Below, piece by piece: positions 8,432 to 17,756 of a DNA stretch of 40,602 nucleotides. The stretch is taken from IMG/VR virus record IMGVR_UViG_3300038492_000241, positions 1-40,602 of that record. The stretch is one strand, 5' to 3'. Both the position numbers and the translations under genes were made by a program. The notes beneath the pieces are model-generated. The model was not told the origin of the DNA. It saw only the letters and a program-made list of their open reading frames with translations, and did no database searches. Origin of the DNA: a virus (lineage: Duplodnaviria; Caudoviricetes). Position 1 is the stretch's first letter, and each line of letters starts with the position of its first letter.

Positions 8432-9852
8432 TAATTAATCCCCAATTCTTCAAGAACTTGCTCTCGGCTTAATCCTGACTCATCCATTTCTTTTTGTATA
8501 TCGTTTTCAGATATCGACCTATTTAATATGCTAGACCTTAATATTGGCTGAGCATTTCTGAAAGTTTTGTAGACGTCTTTGATACGACTTCCTTTATTAA
8601 TCTGTACGCCGTCTATAGTAAAATTCCTTTTCGACCTGTCAGGACTTCCACCGCCAGATATGAAAGCACTCTTAAAGTCATTAAACCTGGCGTTTTCTTG
8701 CTCAAGTTTGGCTAATCCTCTTAGCCATTTTGAGATGGTTTTGCTGTCTGCGGTAGAAGGCAAGAATCCACTTAAAACTAATGCAACATCAGTGTCAGAG
8801 GCTGGCCCCACTGGTAGGTTTTGTATTGCCTGAGATACTCTAATGTCATTAAATCTTTTCCTGATAAGCGTTATCTCATCCTCAGAGCCTGTTAATTCTT
8901 TGAATTTCTCCGCTACTGTTCCGCCAAAGAAACCCCCTTTAGGCTGTTCGTCCTCAAACCTTTGAGCAAGAGATTGCAAGCTAGCAGCCTCGGTACTAGC
9001 TCTTTGCGCTTCATCTCCGGTAGCTATCAATTTTTTCTCTAGCGCGGCTGACAGTTTAGGTGGTGGCTCGTCACCAGGGTTAACACCTTCTGGGAGTCGC
9101 TTAAGTGTGACCTCGCCAGCTTCGTTTAATACTGCGAAGCCTTGACCAGGTATAAACTTAGATGCTTTTATTGCTGGGTCTTGTTGCTGTCTTCTAGCTA
9201 AATCATTAGCCACTTGCTGCTTCTTAAACTCGAATTGTTCGCGCTGAAGACCTAACTGCCCCCGACCAAGCTCACCTCTTAAGGCTAACTCCTGTTCTTG
9301 CAACTCAAATTTCTTAGCCTGGTCTGCTACTTTTCTACGCTCAGCAGGTGTTAATGCAGCCAATTGAAGCAATCTAGCTGTCTGATTTTGACGATCAGGT
9401 GAGGCTTGAAGTAATGCTATTGAGTCTCTAGCATCTCCACCCCTAGCTTGAACTCTTTGAATTCTTTCTTCTATTAACTGCTGCCTTTGCTCAACTGGCG
9501 TGTTTTCAAGCAGGAAACCGAATTCAGCAGCGTCATTTTTTTGAAATTCACTACTAATTCCAGCTCCTTTTAGAACTCTATTTGCCAAATCGGGATTGTC
9601 TACCATTAACTGAGCCAATTCAGCGCCGGTCTGGATTTGCTCGCCGCCTTGCTGCCTACGAATCAGGTCTTGCGCTTGAGCTTGCTGCTTAGCTTGCATT
9701 GCTGCTTGTTGCTGTTGAGCTGCCGCTTGCTGCCTGGCTTGATCTAGCTGTAATTGATTAGCCGCTAATTGCTGCCCTTGCTGCAATCCGCCTGTTATAT
9801 TTGGGGCTAGTGTTGCGCCGCCAATCATTCCTGGAGTAACTAAAGCTACCAT
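8431..9852 (-). CDS. DNA ejection/transfer protein (P22 gp20-like; start probably 9852)
   Basis: Q/A-rich coiled coil, 'LPVGPASDTDVAL' motif, position between gp7-like and gp16-like genes. Confidence 0.75.
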   Translation of the reverse strand: MVALVTPGMIGGATLAPNITGGLQQGQQLAANQLQLDQARQQAAAQQQQAAMQAKQQAQAQDLIRRQQGGEQIQTGAELAQLMVDNPDLANRVLKGAGISSEFQKNDAAEFGFLLENTPVEQRQQLIEERIQRVQARGGDARDSIALLQASPDRQNQTARLLQLAALTPAERRKVADQAKKFELQEQELALRGELGRGQLGLQREQFEFKKQQVANDLARRQQQDPAIKASKFIPGQGFAVLNEAGEVTLKRLPEGVNPGDEPPPKLSAALEKKLIATGDEAQRASTEAASLQSLAQRFEDEQPKGGFFGGTVAEKFKELTGSEDEITLIRKRFNDIRVSQAIQNLPVGPASDTDVALVLSGFLPSTADSKTISKWLRGLAKLEQENARFNDFKSAFISGGGSPDRSKRNFTIDGVQINKGSRIKDVYKTFRNAQPILRSSILNRSISENDIQKEMDESGLSREQVLEELGIN

Positions 9853-9862
9853 TTCTAACTCC

Positions 9863-10441
9863 TTATCCGAATATTGCGCCGACAACGCCCGCCAAATCAC
9901 TCAACCCGCTAGCCCTCGCTTGCTGAGCACCTAGTACGCCACTAGCCTGAGCTGCCGCCTGCTGCTGCTGAGCCGCTGCTATATTTCCAGCCACTCCAGT
10001 GCCTAACGTTCCTAGACCTGTGGCCGCTTGCTGACCTCGGCCTGACAGTAATGCTAACTGATTGCGCTGATTTTCTAAGTCCTGAAGAGCAAAGCCTGCT
10101 GCTTGCTGCTGAAGAGCTGTTCTTACATTTCCGCCGCCAAGACCTCCTAAAGCTGCTGCATTTCTTAGTAAACCCCTCTCTTGTCGCTGCCTTAAAAATT
10201 GCTGTCCTGGCGATTCCATCATTTGGCCAATTGCGGCTTGCTGGGCTTCTCTTCCGCCAATTCCTGATAATGCCGCCTGGCCTGCTAGCGCTGCCTGGCC
10301 TACGCCGATAAATGGCTGTAATTGCCTGGTTGCCTGAGATAGTGCTTGCTGCTGAGTTGTTGCGCCTGCTTGCGCTGCTTGAGCCTGCAATCTTGCGGCT
10401 TCTTCCGCTGCTGCTGCACCTCCAAAACTGAAATCAACCAT
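9863..10441 (-). CDS. DNA ejection protein (P22 gp7-like)
   Basis: 'LQPFIGVG..AL', 'SPGQQF', 'RNAAALGGLGGGN' motifs; A/Q/G-rich. Confidence 0.8.
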   Translation of the reverse strand: MVDFSFGGAAAAEEAARLQAQAAQAGATTQQQALSQATRQLQPFIGVGQAALAGQAALSGIGGREAQQAAIGQMMESPGQQFLRQRQERGLLRNAAALGGLGGGNVRTALQQQAAGFALQDLENQRNQLALLSGRGQQAATGLGTLGTGVAGNIAAAQQQQAAAQASGVLGAQQARASGLSDLAGVVGAIFG

Positions 10442-11154
10442 TATGCTAAACCTCTAAACTGCTGCTGCTGACCAAAAGGAATCTGGCCAATATTTACTAG
10501 TGGTAATGGACCTTGCGTATTCAGTCCGCCAAATTGCGGCTGCTGAGTAGGGGTTCTCTGTGCTATTTGCTGCTGCATTTGAGGCGCTGCTAACCCTGAC
10601 GCTCTTGGAGCTATTGCCTCAGCTCCACCGCCAATAGCATCAAGCCCCGCTCTATCTCTTTCGCCAAGATCAACGCCTGCAATATCAGAACCGCCTAATG
10701 CTGAGCCAGGCTCAGTTGAACCCTTCTCTCTGTCATCAAAGAAGCTGCCTAGCTGCTTACCTATTGATGCGCCTGTTCCAGCGCCTATGCCGGTTGCTCT
10801 TCCAGCTAACGCACCAAGTCCGCCGCCGATTGCCTCTGATGCGCTAATTGATCCAGTCCCGCCAAACAGTCCAGATACGCCAGCGCCTATTCTAGCGCCG
10901 AGCACTGGCCCAACCCCAAGCAATGATCCAGCTAGAGCACCTATTCCAGCCCCGACAGCCTTTTCTTGCACCCCTGGAGCCGTTACTTTTTCCGTGATTT
11001 TATCTAAAAACCGGCCGAATGCTGATGATTCCTCTTGCTCGCCTTCAGCCTGAGGCCCACCTCTTGTTTCTCTTGAGCCTATTCCGCCCCCGACAGCTCT
11101 TTCGCCGCTCGTGGATCTTTCACCAGTGCCTTCTGCTCCAATCGCTTCAGCCAT
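10441..11154 (-). CDS. Gly/Ala-rich virion (probably ejection-associated) protein
   Basis: Glycine-zipper-like GxxxG runs; lies in the tail operon with coupled start/stop. Confidence 0.65.
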   Translation of the reverse strand: MAEAIGAEGTGERSTSGERAVGGGIGSRETRGGPQAEGEQEESSAFGRFLDKITEKVTAPGVQEKAVGAGIGALAGSLLGVGPVLGARIGAGVSGLFGGTGSISASEAIGGGLGALAGRATGIGAGTGASIGKQLGSFFDDREKGSTEPGSALGGSDIAGVDLGERDRAGLDAIGGGAEAIAPRASGLAAPQMQQQIAQRTPTQQPQFGGLNTQGPLPLVNIGQIPFGQQQQFRGLA

Positions 11155-11161
11155 AAATCAC

Positions 11162-11503
11162 CTATGATGTATACTGCTTGACTGTAAGGAATACGTTTAT
11201 TACATCTGCTACGCCGTTGCTGTCTGCCTGGATCTCATCACCGACATTTAAACCTTCTCCCACAAGAGTTGATGGAACTATTGACTCTCCAGGCGCTAAA
11301 ACTTTAGTAAATACTTTCTTGTTAAATCCAGCAGAGCCGCCAGATTCAACTATCGATATGTTTAGTGTTTGAGATGCAGCATTATGATTAAAAAACCTAA
11401 TCACATTGATGGATTCTCTAAGCGCTGTAGCTGTGTATATAACGCCCAGCGTGGATGGTATGTTTGTTCCGTCTACAACTTTTACATCATTTTTTACTGC
11501 CAT
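11162..11503 (-). CDS. Small beta-rich virion protein
   Basis: Operon position and composition. Confidence 0.65.
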   Translation of the reverse strand: MAVKNDVKVVDGTNIPSTLGVIYTATALRESINVIRFFNHNAASQTLNISIVESGGSAGFNKKVFTKVLAPGESIVPSTLVGEGLNVGDEIQADSNGVADVINVFLTVKQYTS

Positions 11504-11871
11504 TAGCCCTGCTCCAAATCTAATACTCTTAATTCAAGTTCGGCTATCCTGCTGATAGCTATATTTAATAAAGTCGCCATATTCTCTAGATCAGAGATCC
11601 TATTATCTGATTCTTCAATCTTTGATAGAGTGGACGATTTAACTGTCTCGCAACACTGCTCTAAATCTATTAATCTAGCGTCTATTTCGCTACTTCTTGC
11701 TTCGCTTTTTTGAAAACTTGCCTCTGATCCACTTATCTGCTCATCTGTAACATTTGTAGTGTTGTTTACAGTTACCTGTGTTCCATTTATAAACTTAAAA
11801 AAGGTTTTGGTAGGTATACCGCTCTTAGGGTCTACTATCGGTAAATCCGCTCTTTGCATGCTGAGAGTCAT
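11503..11871 (-). CDS. Coiled-coil tail protein (tail needle gp26-like position)
   Basis: Heptad repeats (RLIDLE, RISDLE, RIAELE, RVLDLE) directly after the gp10-like gene. Confidence 0.6.
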   Translation of the reverse strand: MTLSMQRADLPIVDPKSGIPTKTFFKFINGTQVTVNNTTNVTDEQISGSEASFQKSEARSSEIDARLIDLEQCCETVKSSTLSKIEESDNRISDLENMATLLNIAISRIAELELRVLDLEQG

Positions 11872-13337
11872 TATTGCGTACCTTCTTGAATTCGGGCTTC
11901 AAGCTTTAATATATTTGAAACTACAGGCTCACTAGTAGTAAACCTAAGTGTTCTGTATTTTTGTATCCTGCCCTGCTTTCTCCATGTCGGAACTGTAGAG
12001 TATTCACCTATCTTTCCGTAACTCCTGAAAAACTCAGAAGAAAATGTTCTGCCTCCATCATCAGAAAAGTCGTACCTGATTTGAGGGTCTGAACCCTGGC
12101 CGGTAGTTAATCCTGCGCCTGATTCCATTGTTAGCTTGATAGTTCCCCAGAACAATGGCAACCCCTTAGTACTGAATGGAGCAAAAGCAGCTCTTCTAAA
12201 TAACACATTACCATATTCGGTGTAAGTTTTCTTTTCTAAAATGCCGAACTTAGGACCCTGGCTATCAGCAACGATTAGTTCACCATAGGCCTGTGTTATA
12301 GAGTTAACTCTCCATCTATCGCGCTCTACTCCTGTCTGTCTTTCATGCCAGACCTGTACACCGCTTAGAGCCGATGTTGTTGCATCAAAAACAAATGTTC
12401 TAGACGGGATTCTGTCTGATTCGAATGTGAATATAACAAAAAAGTTTCCATCTTCTGCATAGGTCATGGCAAAAGCGTTGGCTATTTCTTCCCTGGTGAA
12501 CTCCTGTATCGCATTATCTATTGCAGATGTGCTTATTTTTGACACAGAACTGGTCCCTGTTACTTTCCATACTGATGTCTTCTCACCTATTCCGCCACCA
12601 AGAAATACTAGCGTATTGTCAAAGTTAACCGTGCCAAACCTTGCATGAGACCCTTTTTGTATAAATGCACCATCGATTCTCTGAAATACAAAGCCAGCAC
12701 CGCCAACATTATCAAATATTTCAGTGGTCTCCTCATTCATGACGAACAGCTCGTTATGATCTGCATTTACAGATATAATTTTGTCAGGACTGACTTCTGA
12801 CGAACCAAAGTCTAAGGCATCATAAGATGTAGGATCATTAAGAAGAGAATGAAATATAGTTTTTCCGTCAGATGAATTAAATACAAAGTATCCATCAATA
12901 AAAACTACAGTATCGGCTGTTTTAAAATCCAGGTCGGTTATTTCAGCAAAAGCGCTAGAGCTTATATTAAATGTATAGGCCTTTATCCCAGGAACTACTA
13001 TTACTAAATACTCAGTGCTCTTAGCCATTGAAATGCGGCCAGTACCATCTACATCACCTATTTTTGATGAAACAAAGTTGCTATTTATCCTATATAATGC
13101 GCCACCATTAACTGTATAGTAAACTCCATTAACATTTATCGACCCCCTGTTCACCCCTGTAATGGGAGTGCCTGTTATTGTTATTTCTCTTATGCCTGGC
13201 GCACCAATTAACGCCCGCTGACTTAACGCCTCTGCTTGAGGTATTACCGGTATGAAATTTACGCATTCTTGCCCAGCTAATGGAATTGATTCACTTTGAT
13301 AAAAACCTAATGGGATTGGTATCTCTGTAAATGACAT
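11871..13337 (-). CDS. Tail hub / packaged-DNA stabilisation protein (P22 gp10-like)
   Basis: V.FIDGYFVF, YDALDFGSSE.SPD, FSDDGGRTFS...GKIGEY motifs; 488 aa. Confidence 0.88.
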   Translation of the reverse strand: MSFTEIPIPLGFYQSESIPLAGQECVNFIPVIPQAEALSQRALIGAPGIREITITGTPITGVNRGSINVNGVYYTVNGGALYRINSNFVSSKIGDVDGTGRISMAKSTEYLVIVVPGIKAYTFNISSSAFAEITDLDFKTADTVVFIDGYFVFNSSDGKTIFHSLLNDPTSYDALDFGSSEVSPDKIISVNADHNELFVMNEETTEIFDNVGGAGFVFQRIDGAFIQKGSHARFGTVNFDNTLVFLGGGIGEKTSVWKVTGTSSVSKISTSAIDNAIQEFTREEIANAFAMTYAEDGNFFVIFTFESDRIPSRTFVFDATTSALSGVQVWHERQTGVERDRWRVNSITQAYGELIVADSQGPKFGILEKKTYTEYGNVLFRRAAFAPFSTKGLPLFWGTIKLTMESGAGLTTGQGSDPQIRYDFSDDGGRTFSSEFFRSYGKIGEYSTVPTWRKQGRIQKYRTLRFTTSEPVVSNILKLEARIQEGTQ

Positions 13338-13338
13338 A

Positions 13339-14286
13339 TCACAATCCTCTTGACGGCTGGATAGCTATATTCTCTGTTTCAATATCAAATCCAAGCAAGT
13401 TGTCAAGGAACTCAACTGCTTTAGCTGTTATTGACTGGACCTTTACTAGAGGTGTGTCGTAATCATCAGCTAGCCTCATGGCTAGGTTATAAACAATCGC
13501 CTCCAGCCACTCAGCTGGGAAATCAACATTATTAGTACTTAGGTCTATATCCTGAATAGATCTTTCGAATGTAATTCTGACAAAATCATTAACACTACTA
13601 GCGGTTTGCCATACATACATTCGGCCATTGGTTAGTTGTGGTGAATAGTAGGCGTTTACAACAGTCCCTTGGGATGATTTATTGACCTGGTTGAAATATT
13701 CCTGCCTCGACCAGCTCATTACCTGTATTTCATTGTCTTGGTTAAAAGTCTTTCTTCTGTAGCTGAGAATGCGCGAAGGCCGCTCTATTAAATTGGTAAA
13801 TGTAAATACAGTGCTGCCCGATTTTGACGCCGAGGGAATGCCGGTGGTAATAGTTATCTGAACAGCGCTATCAACTGTAACTATTGTTGTCCAAAACCTG
13901 GCTCCATCATCAAGCTCAATACCAACCCTGTCGCCAGCTGTCATTCCTGCAGTTGACGTAACAGCAAATATTGTATCAGTGGCAATTTTTGCTGCTGTAG
14001 TAGTAGTGCCAACAAAGTCATCTAGTGTCGTAGCCTCATCTCCGCCAGGACCTAGTAGATAATCAGTTTTGCCTTTATCTAAAAACACAACACCTTCTTC
14101 TTTAGTCCATAAATGAATACCTTGAGCATTCCAGGACTTAAGCATCATGTTTAGAGCTACAAGCCCATCCTGCAGCTCTGCAGACTGCAAGGGCTGCTCT
14201 AATATCTTTTCGCCGATCTTACTAAATGCGGCGTTAATAATTCCGTTAGCTGTTAACGTGAAATCTACCGAGCCTGATAAAGCCAT
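13339..14286 (-). CDS. Head-to-tail adaptor (P22 gp4-like) with inserted beta domain
   Basis: II..AF.KIG...LN.ML..W N-terminus; FP.EWLEAIVYNLA.RLA..Y C-terminus; Thr-rich insert. Confidence 0.8.
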   Translation of the reverse strand: MALSGSVDFTLTANGIINAAFSKIGEKILEQPLQSAELQDGLVALNMMLKSWNAQGIHLWTKEEGVVFLDKGKTDYLLGPGGDEATTLDDFVGTTTTAAKIATDTIFAVTSTAGMTAGDRVGIELDDGARFWTTIVTVDSAVQITITTGIPSASKSGSTVFTFTNLIERPSRILSYRRKTFNQDNEIQVMSWSRQEYFNQVNKSSQGTVVNAYYSPQLTNGRMYVWQTASSVNDFVRITFERSIQDIDLSTNNVDFPAEWLEAIVYNLAMRLADDYDTPLVKVQSITAKAVEFLDNLLGFDIETENIAIQPSRGL

Positions 14287-14535
14287 CTATAAATCATCCT
14301 GTGTCGTGTTTGTAACGAAAGTCGGCTCAGGTCTAACCCTGGCATGCTTTACCTGCTGCTTATCCTCTCGCCCTTTTATGTCCAGCTGAGGCTGAGGCGG
14401 CTCCCAGTCTCTAAAATGGGTAATTAGACTCTTCTGCTCTCCGTCCAGCATGCGCATATCGCCAGACTTTCGCTTTAGCCCGGTGATATCATCAATTACG
14501 TTATGCTGACCTAAAATTGCTCTGTTTTTAGCCAT
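14287..14535 (-). CDS. Conserved small head-region protein (start probably 14535)
   Basis: DDITG.KR...WEP.QPQ...RVRPEP motif seen in this phage gene position. Confidence 0.65.
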   Translation of the reverse strand: MAKNRAILGQHNVIDDITGLKRKSGDMRMLDGEQKSLITHFRDWEPPQPQLDIKGREDKQQVKHARVRPEPTFVTNTTQDDL

Positions 14536-14536
14536 A

Positions 14537-15298
14537 CTAATTACCAAATTCAAGAAGCCTAAACCTTCCTGACACCACTGAATTGTTATTCAATGTTGAT
14601 GCCTCTAAGAAAAAATCAGAACCCTCTCTAATTTCCGTCTTTACGCTATCAAGAGGCACCCAGCTCTGATAAACACCTAGCCTTGATGCTGTTAATCTTG
14701 GTATTCCTGGAAACCCATTCAATAAAGCAAGGTTCTGAAAGCATAGACATATCTCTGCGTCATTTTTTCTTCCTACGTCTCCAATTCCACCTAGGTAATG
14801 CGCCGTCCTTCCTGCAGCGACTGAATAAAGCGCCTGATTGCAACGATTAACGCCAGCTCCTATAAACGATACAATGTCGTCTGAATTATTTGGCACTCCA
14901 GCAGTTACATCATTAGTTGATAAAACATATACGTCACCAATAACGCTAGTTGTACCCACTACGATACAGTCATTAACTCTTAGCCCTGAAACACCAAGCG
15001 ATACAGGGGTTTGCCCATTTAGTACACCGGTTGTTGACTGAGCATCCCATGACCCATCAAGATAACTGACAGATATAGTAATGCCGGTATCTGAAGCACT
15101 GCTTGACACTATATAAAGCGTTTGCGCCGATGTTAGAAAGTTGTAATCACTTTTGGGCCGCCAAATAAGTCTCGAGCCATCCGCTGTGTCTAGATCAGGG
15201 TTATATCCTGTAACTAGTATCTCCCTAGCTCCAGGAACATTTCCCCTTCCGACCTCAATGTAATAGTCTCCAAACGATTTAGTAATACTAACAGACAT
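14537..15298 (-). CDS. Virion structural protein (beta-rich)
   Basis: Operon position; GYNPD...IW, SSSASDT, LNGQTPV...LRVN motifs. Confidence 0.7.
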   Translation of the reverse strand: MSVSITKSFGDYYIEVGRGNVPGAREILVTGYNPDLDTADGSRLIWRPKSDYNFLTSAQTLYIVSSSASDTGITISVSYLDGSWDAQSTTGVLNGQTPVSLGVSGLRVNDCIVVGTTSVIGDVYVLSTNDVTAGVPNNSDDIVSFIGAGVNRCNQALYSVAAGRTAHYLGGIGDVGRKNDAEICLCFQNLALLNGFPGIPRLTASRLGVYQSWVPLDSVKTEIREGSDFFLEASTLNNNSVVSGRFRLLEFGN

Positions 15299-15300
15299 CG

Positions 15301-15624
15301 TTACGACCTCCCGCCAGCCTGCAGGATAGCCATAGTTGCATCGCCAGAAGTGTACGATGTTACATTTAAGCGCACTGCCCTTACTGGAAAGCTTAGATTT
15401 CCGTCATTAGTAGCGGTTTCAGATGTTAGTGTATCATTGTCAAACCATGTCGGTGTAATACTGGCATCCTGAATGTCATCAAATGTATGTTGAACAGAGT
15501 AGGTTAGTGTTGCGCCGCCAGAGAGGACGACCCCGATACTGACCTTAAAATCATTCTCACGCCAGTCTACCGGAATGGTAGCTGACGTTGATTGAGAACT
15601 AACAGTTACTGATACAGGTCTCAT
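15301..15624 (-). CDS. Small virion structural protein
   Basis: TYSVQHTFDD...W...FPVRAVRL motif. Confidence 0.7.
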   Translation of the reverse strand: MRPVSVTVSSQSTSATIPVDWRENDFKVSIGVVLSGGATLTYSVQHTFDDIQDASITPTWFDNDTLTSETATNDGNLSFPVRAVRLNVTSYTSGDATMAILQAGGRS

Positions 15625-15634
15625 TCTACGCTCC

Positions 15635-16312
15635 TTAGCGTGCTTTAGCTGCCAGTAAGTAATCTACTGTCATTGACTTAGCAGCTGCTTCGCCGTTCTG
15701 AATGCCGTAGCTAATAGTTAGGGCTTCATCGTCAGGCAAGTTGGTTGTGACAGATGAGCCAACAGCTACGCCGTCAACGAAGATGGTGATCTGATCCACG
15801 CCGTCGTAGTAGAAGCCAAGGCGAATATCAGTAGCATCGGCAACAGTAGCAACGGCTGCGGTAGTAGTAGCCGTATTATCCTTTTCTACAACAAAGTCAA
15901 CAGTTGCAGCGCCATCATTTTTGATGAAAAAGACGCCGTCAGTCACATCAAGCGGGGCTGTGTCAGTGATTTGCAAACCCATTACAAAATCACTTTGCGT
16001 GGCGTCACTTACTTGAAACTTAGCTTCGAACCAGGCTTTCTTGCCTGCTTCCATTAGAAAAGATTCGCCAACTTTCTGGCTAAATGAGCTGTCATTATCA
16101 GCAGCAGCATTAGTAATAAGAAGCAAACCGCCATCACCATCTGTAAGCGCTTGTGTCGCAGCACCAATATCAGTAATAGTCCAGTCAGCAGCCGTGTAAG
16201 TATCAAAGTCCTCAAAATAGACATGAGCTTTTGTAACATCTGGCAGTATGAATTCACCAAGTGGTTGCGATTTAGCGGCCGTGGTTAAGCCATTAGGAAA
16301 TCTAGTTGTCAT
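15635..16312 (-). CDS. Virion structural protein (lectin/LamG-like beta sandwich)
   Basis: MTTRFPNGLT N-terminus, YFEDFD, RLGFYYDG, VDYLLAAKAR; codon usage like the capsid gene. Confidence 0.72.
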   Translation of the reverse strand: MTTRFPNGLTTAAKSQPLGEFILPDVTKAHVYFEDFDTYTAADWTITDIGAATQALTDGDGGLLLITNAAADNDSSFSQKVGESFLMEAGKKAWFEAKFQVSDATQSDFVMGLQITDTAPLDVTDGVFFIKNDGAATVDFVVEKDNTATTTAAVATVADATDIRLGFYYDGVDQITIFVDGVAVGSSVTTNLPDDEALTISYGIQNGEAAAKSMTVDYLLAAKAR

Positions 16313-16460
16313 AACTCTGCTCCAAACAGTTCAATAAAAACCATCTCAAAAATGAGACATTCGGACGCTATCAGTATATAACAAATGAAGCATATTAGTA
16401 AATTGACTAACCGTATTGGTAATATGTACCCTGTTCGAATAGAAAACAGAGGGATTTTAT

Positions 16461-16754
16461 ATGAGCAATGTAATAAAGTTTCCAGACAGAAAAGAACTAA
16501 AAGCTATAGATTTTTGTAGTGTGATATTTAATGAAGATGTGGTCGATGAAAGCGTTCTAATGCTAGCTATGCAGGAGATTATTTACTCATTATGCAAAGT
16601 CGCTGAAGAAGGACTTATAGTTCATAACGACTTTCAAGACTTGACTGATATATTACTAGCTAATGATTTCGGCGGCGGATTGCCGAAAGGCGAGCTTGAT
16701 AAGTATTTATGCGATGAAAAAACGGCTTTAGAGAGAAGGTGGGAAATAGAATAA
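16461..16754 (+). CDS. Acidic hypothetical protein on the opposite strand within the late operon
   Basis: MSNVIKFP start with GAGGG SD; upstream TTGACT at 16403. Confidence 0.7.
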   Translation: MSNVIKFPDRKELKAIDFCSVIFNEDVVDESVLMLAMQEIIYSLCKVAEEGLIVHNDFQDLTDILLANDFGGGLPKGELDKYLCDEKTALERRWEIE

Positions 16755-16755
16755 G

Positions 16756-16769
16756 CCCCTAAGAAGGGG
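16756..16769. terminator. Short hairpin between convergent genes
   Basis: CCCCT-aaga-AGGGG. Confidence 0.4.
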
Positions 16770-17685
16770 TTAGGTATTTTATGGCATTTACCAGTAGATC
16801 AGGGTTGTCTTTGAAGTGGCCAAGACCGCTATTGCAAGCTCTACAAAGCAATCCTCTAACTTCACCTGCTTTATGGCAGTGATCAATACAAAGCGAGCTT
16901 GTCTTAACTTCTCCCGTTACTGGACAATCGTTATTGTTTTGATTTTTGCCACATATCATGCATGAATTACCATATTTTTCGTATATGGCTTTTCGTTCGT
17001 CAATCGATAGCTTTAACCTCTTTTTATTATACTCTTTTCCTTTCTTGCTATTAATTTGCTTTCTCATTGATTCTGTTAATCCCTCTACCCACTGCCAGTT
17101 ATTTTTTCCTAGCGGCTTATTTACATCCAAAGCCCTTATAAAGTGATTTTTGCTAGGTCTTTCTTTTACGCAATTAACAAAGTCCCAAAAATCATCACTC
17201 CACTCATTTGAAATATTTAGTATCGATCTTCTTTTTACGTCATTCCAGTATGTGTATAGAGGGTGTTTTTGACGAAGACCCCAGTCACTAGGCCTTGATG
17301 ACTCAGTGGAACTTCTTCTTGCCATCATTTTCCTGTGAGGATCGCAAAGCCCGTTGCTAATAATCTTTTTATCACAACCTTCCACCTTGCAGTAATTAAC
17401 CTTTCCTTTGCGCTTATACTCAAGGCTTCCAGTTTTTTGCTGGCGCTGATAGCAAGCCCTGCACAACCCTTTGGCAGCTATTTTTTTTGTTTGCTTGCAA
17501 TAAACGCATTCTTTTTCTTTGTACTTTCTATTAACCTCCATACCCCATGACTCATCTCTATTCAATGAAAACTTTCCGGTATTTTCCCACCTCTTAAAAT
17601 GTTTTTCGCATAACCTTTTAGACCTATCCTCACTCCATACTCTATCTGCATTATTAGTACATCCATCAACATAACACTCATTCAT
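16759..17685 (-). CDS. Endonuclease VII-domain (putative homing) endonuclease with N-terminal Zn-finger repeats
   Basis: C-terminal CMICG...LCIDHCH..GEVRGLLC..CNSGLGHFKDNP.LL; three Cys/His-rich repeats (C.VDGC...LCEKH; C..C...GLCRACY; CKVEGC...GLCDPH). Confidence 0.88.
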   Translation of the reverse strand: MNECYVDGCTNNADRVWSEDRSKRLCEKHFKRWENTGKFSLNRDESWGMEVNRKYKEKECVYCKQTKKIAAKGLCRACYQRQQKTGSLEYKRKGKVNYCKVEGCDKKIISNGLCDPHRKMMARRSSTESSRPSDWGLRQKHPLYTYWNDVKRRSILNISNEWSDDFWDFVNCVKERPSKNHFIRALDVNKPLGKNNWQWVEGLTESMRKQINSKKGKEYNKKRLKLSIDERKAIYEKYGNSCMICGKNQNNNDCPVTGEVKTSSLCIDHCHKAGEVRGLLCRACNSGLGHFKDNPDLLVNAIKYLTPS

Positions 17686-17719
17686 AAAAAAACCCTCAAA
17701 TCGCTAAATAAGAGGGTTT
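17686..17719 (-). terminator. Intrinsic terminator after the major capsid gene, overlapping the endonuclease SD
   Basis: Minus strand AAACCCTC...GAGGGTTT-TTTT-ATG. Confidence 0.7.
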
Positions 17720-17756
17720 ACTATAAATGATAATGTTTTGGGTGTCCAGATGATCG

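Noticed and set aside
3747-15041. Numerous plus-strand ORFs antisense to structural genes (e.g. 4101, 6711, 8579, 10787, 14147)
   Set aside because: Typical antisense shadows of codon-biased genes with no SD or motifs
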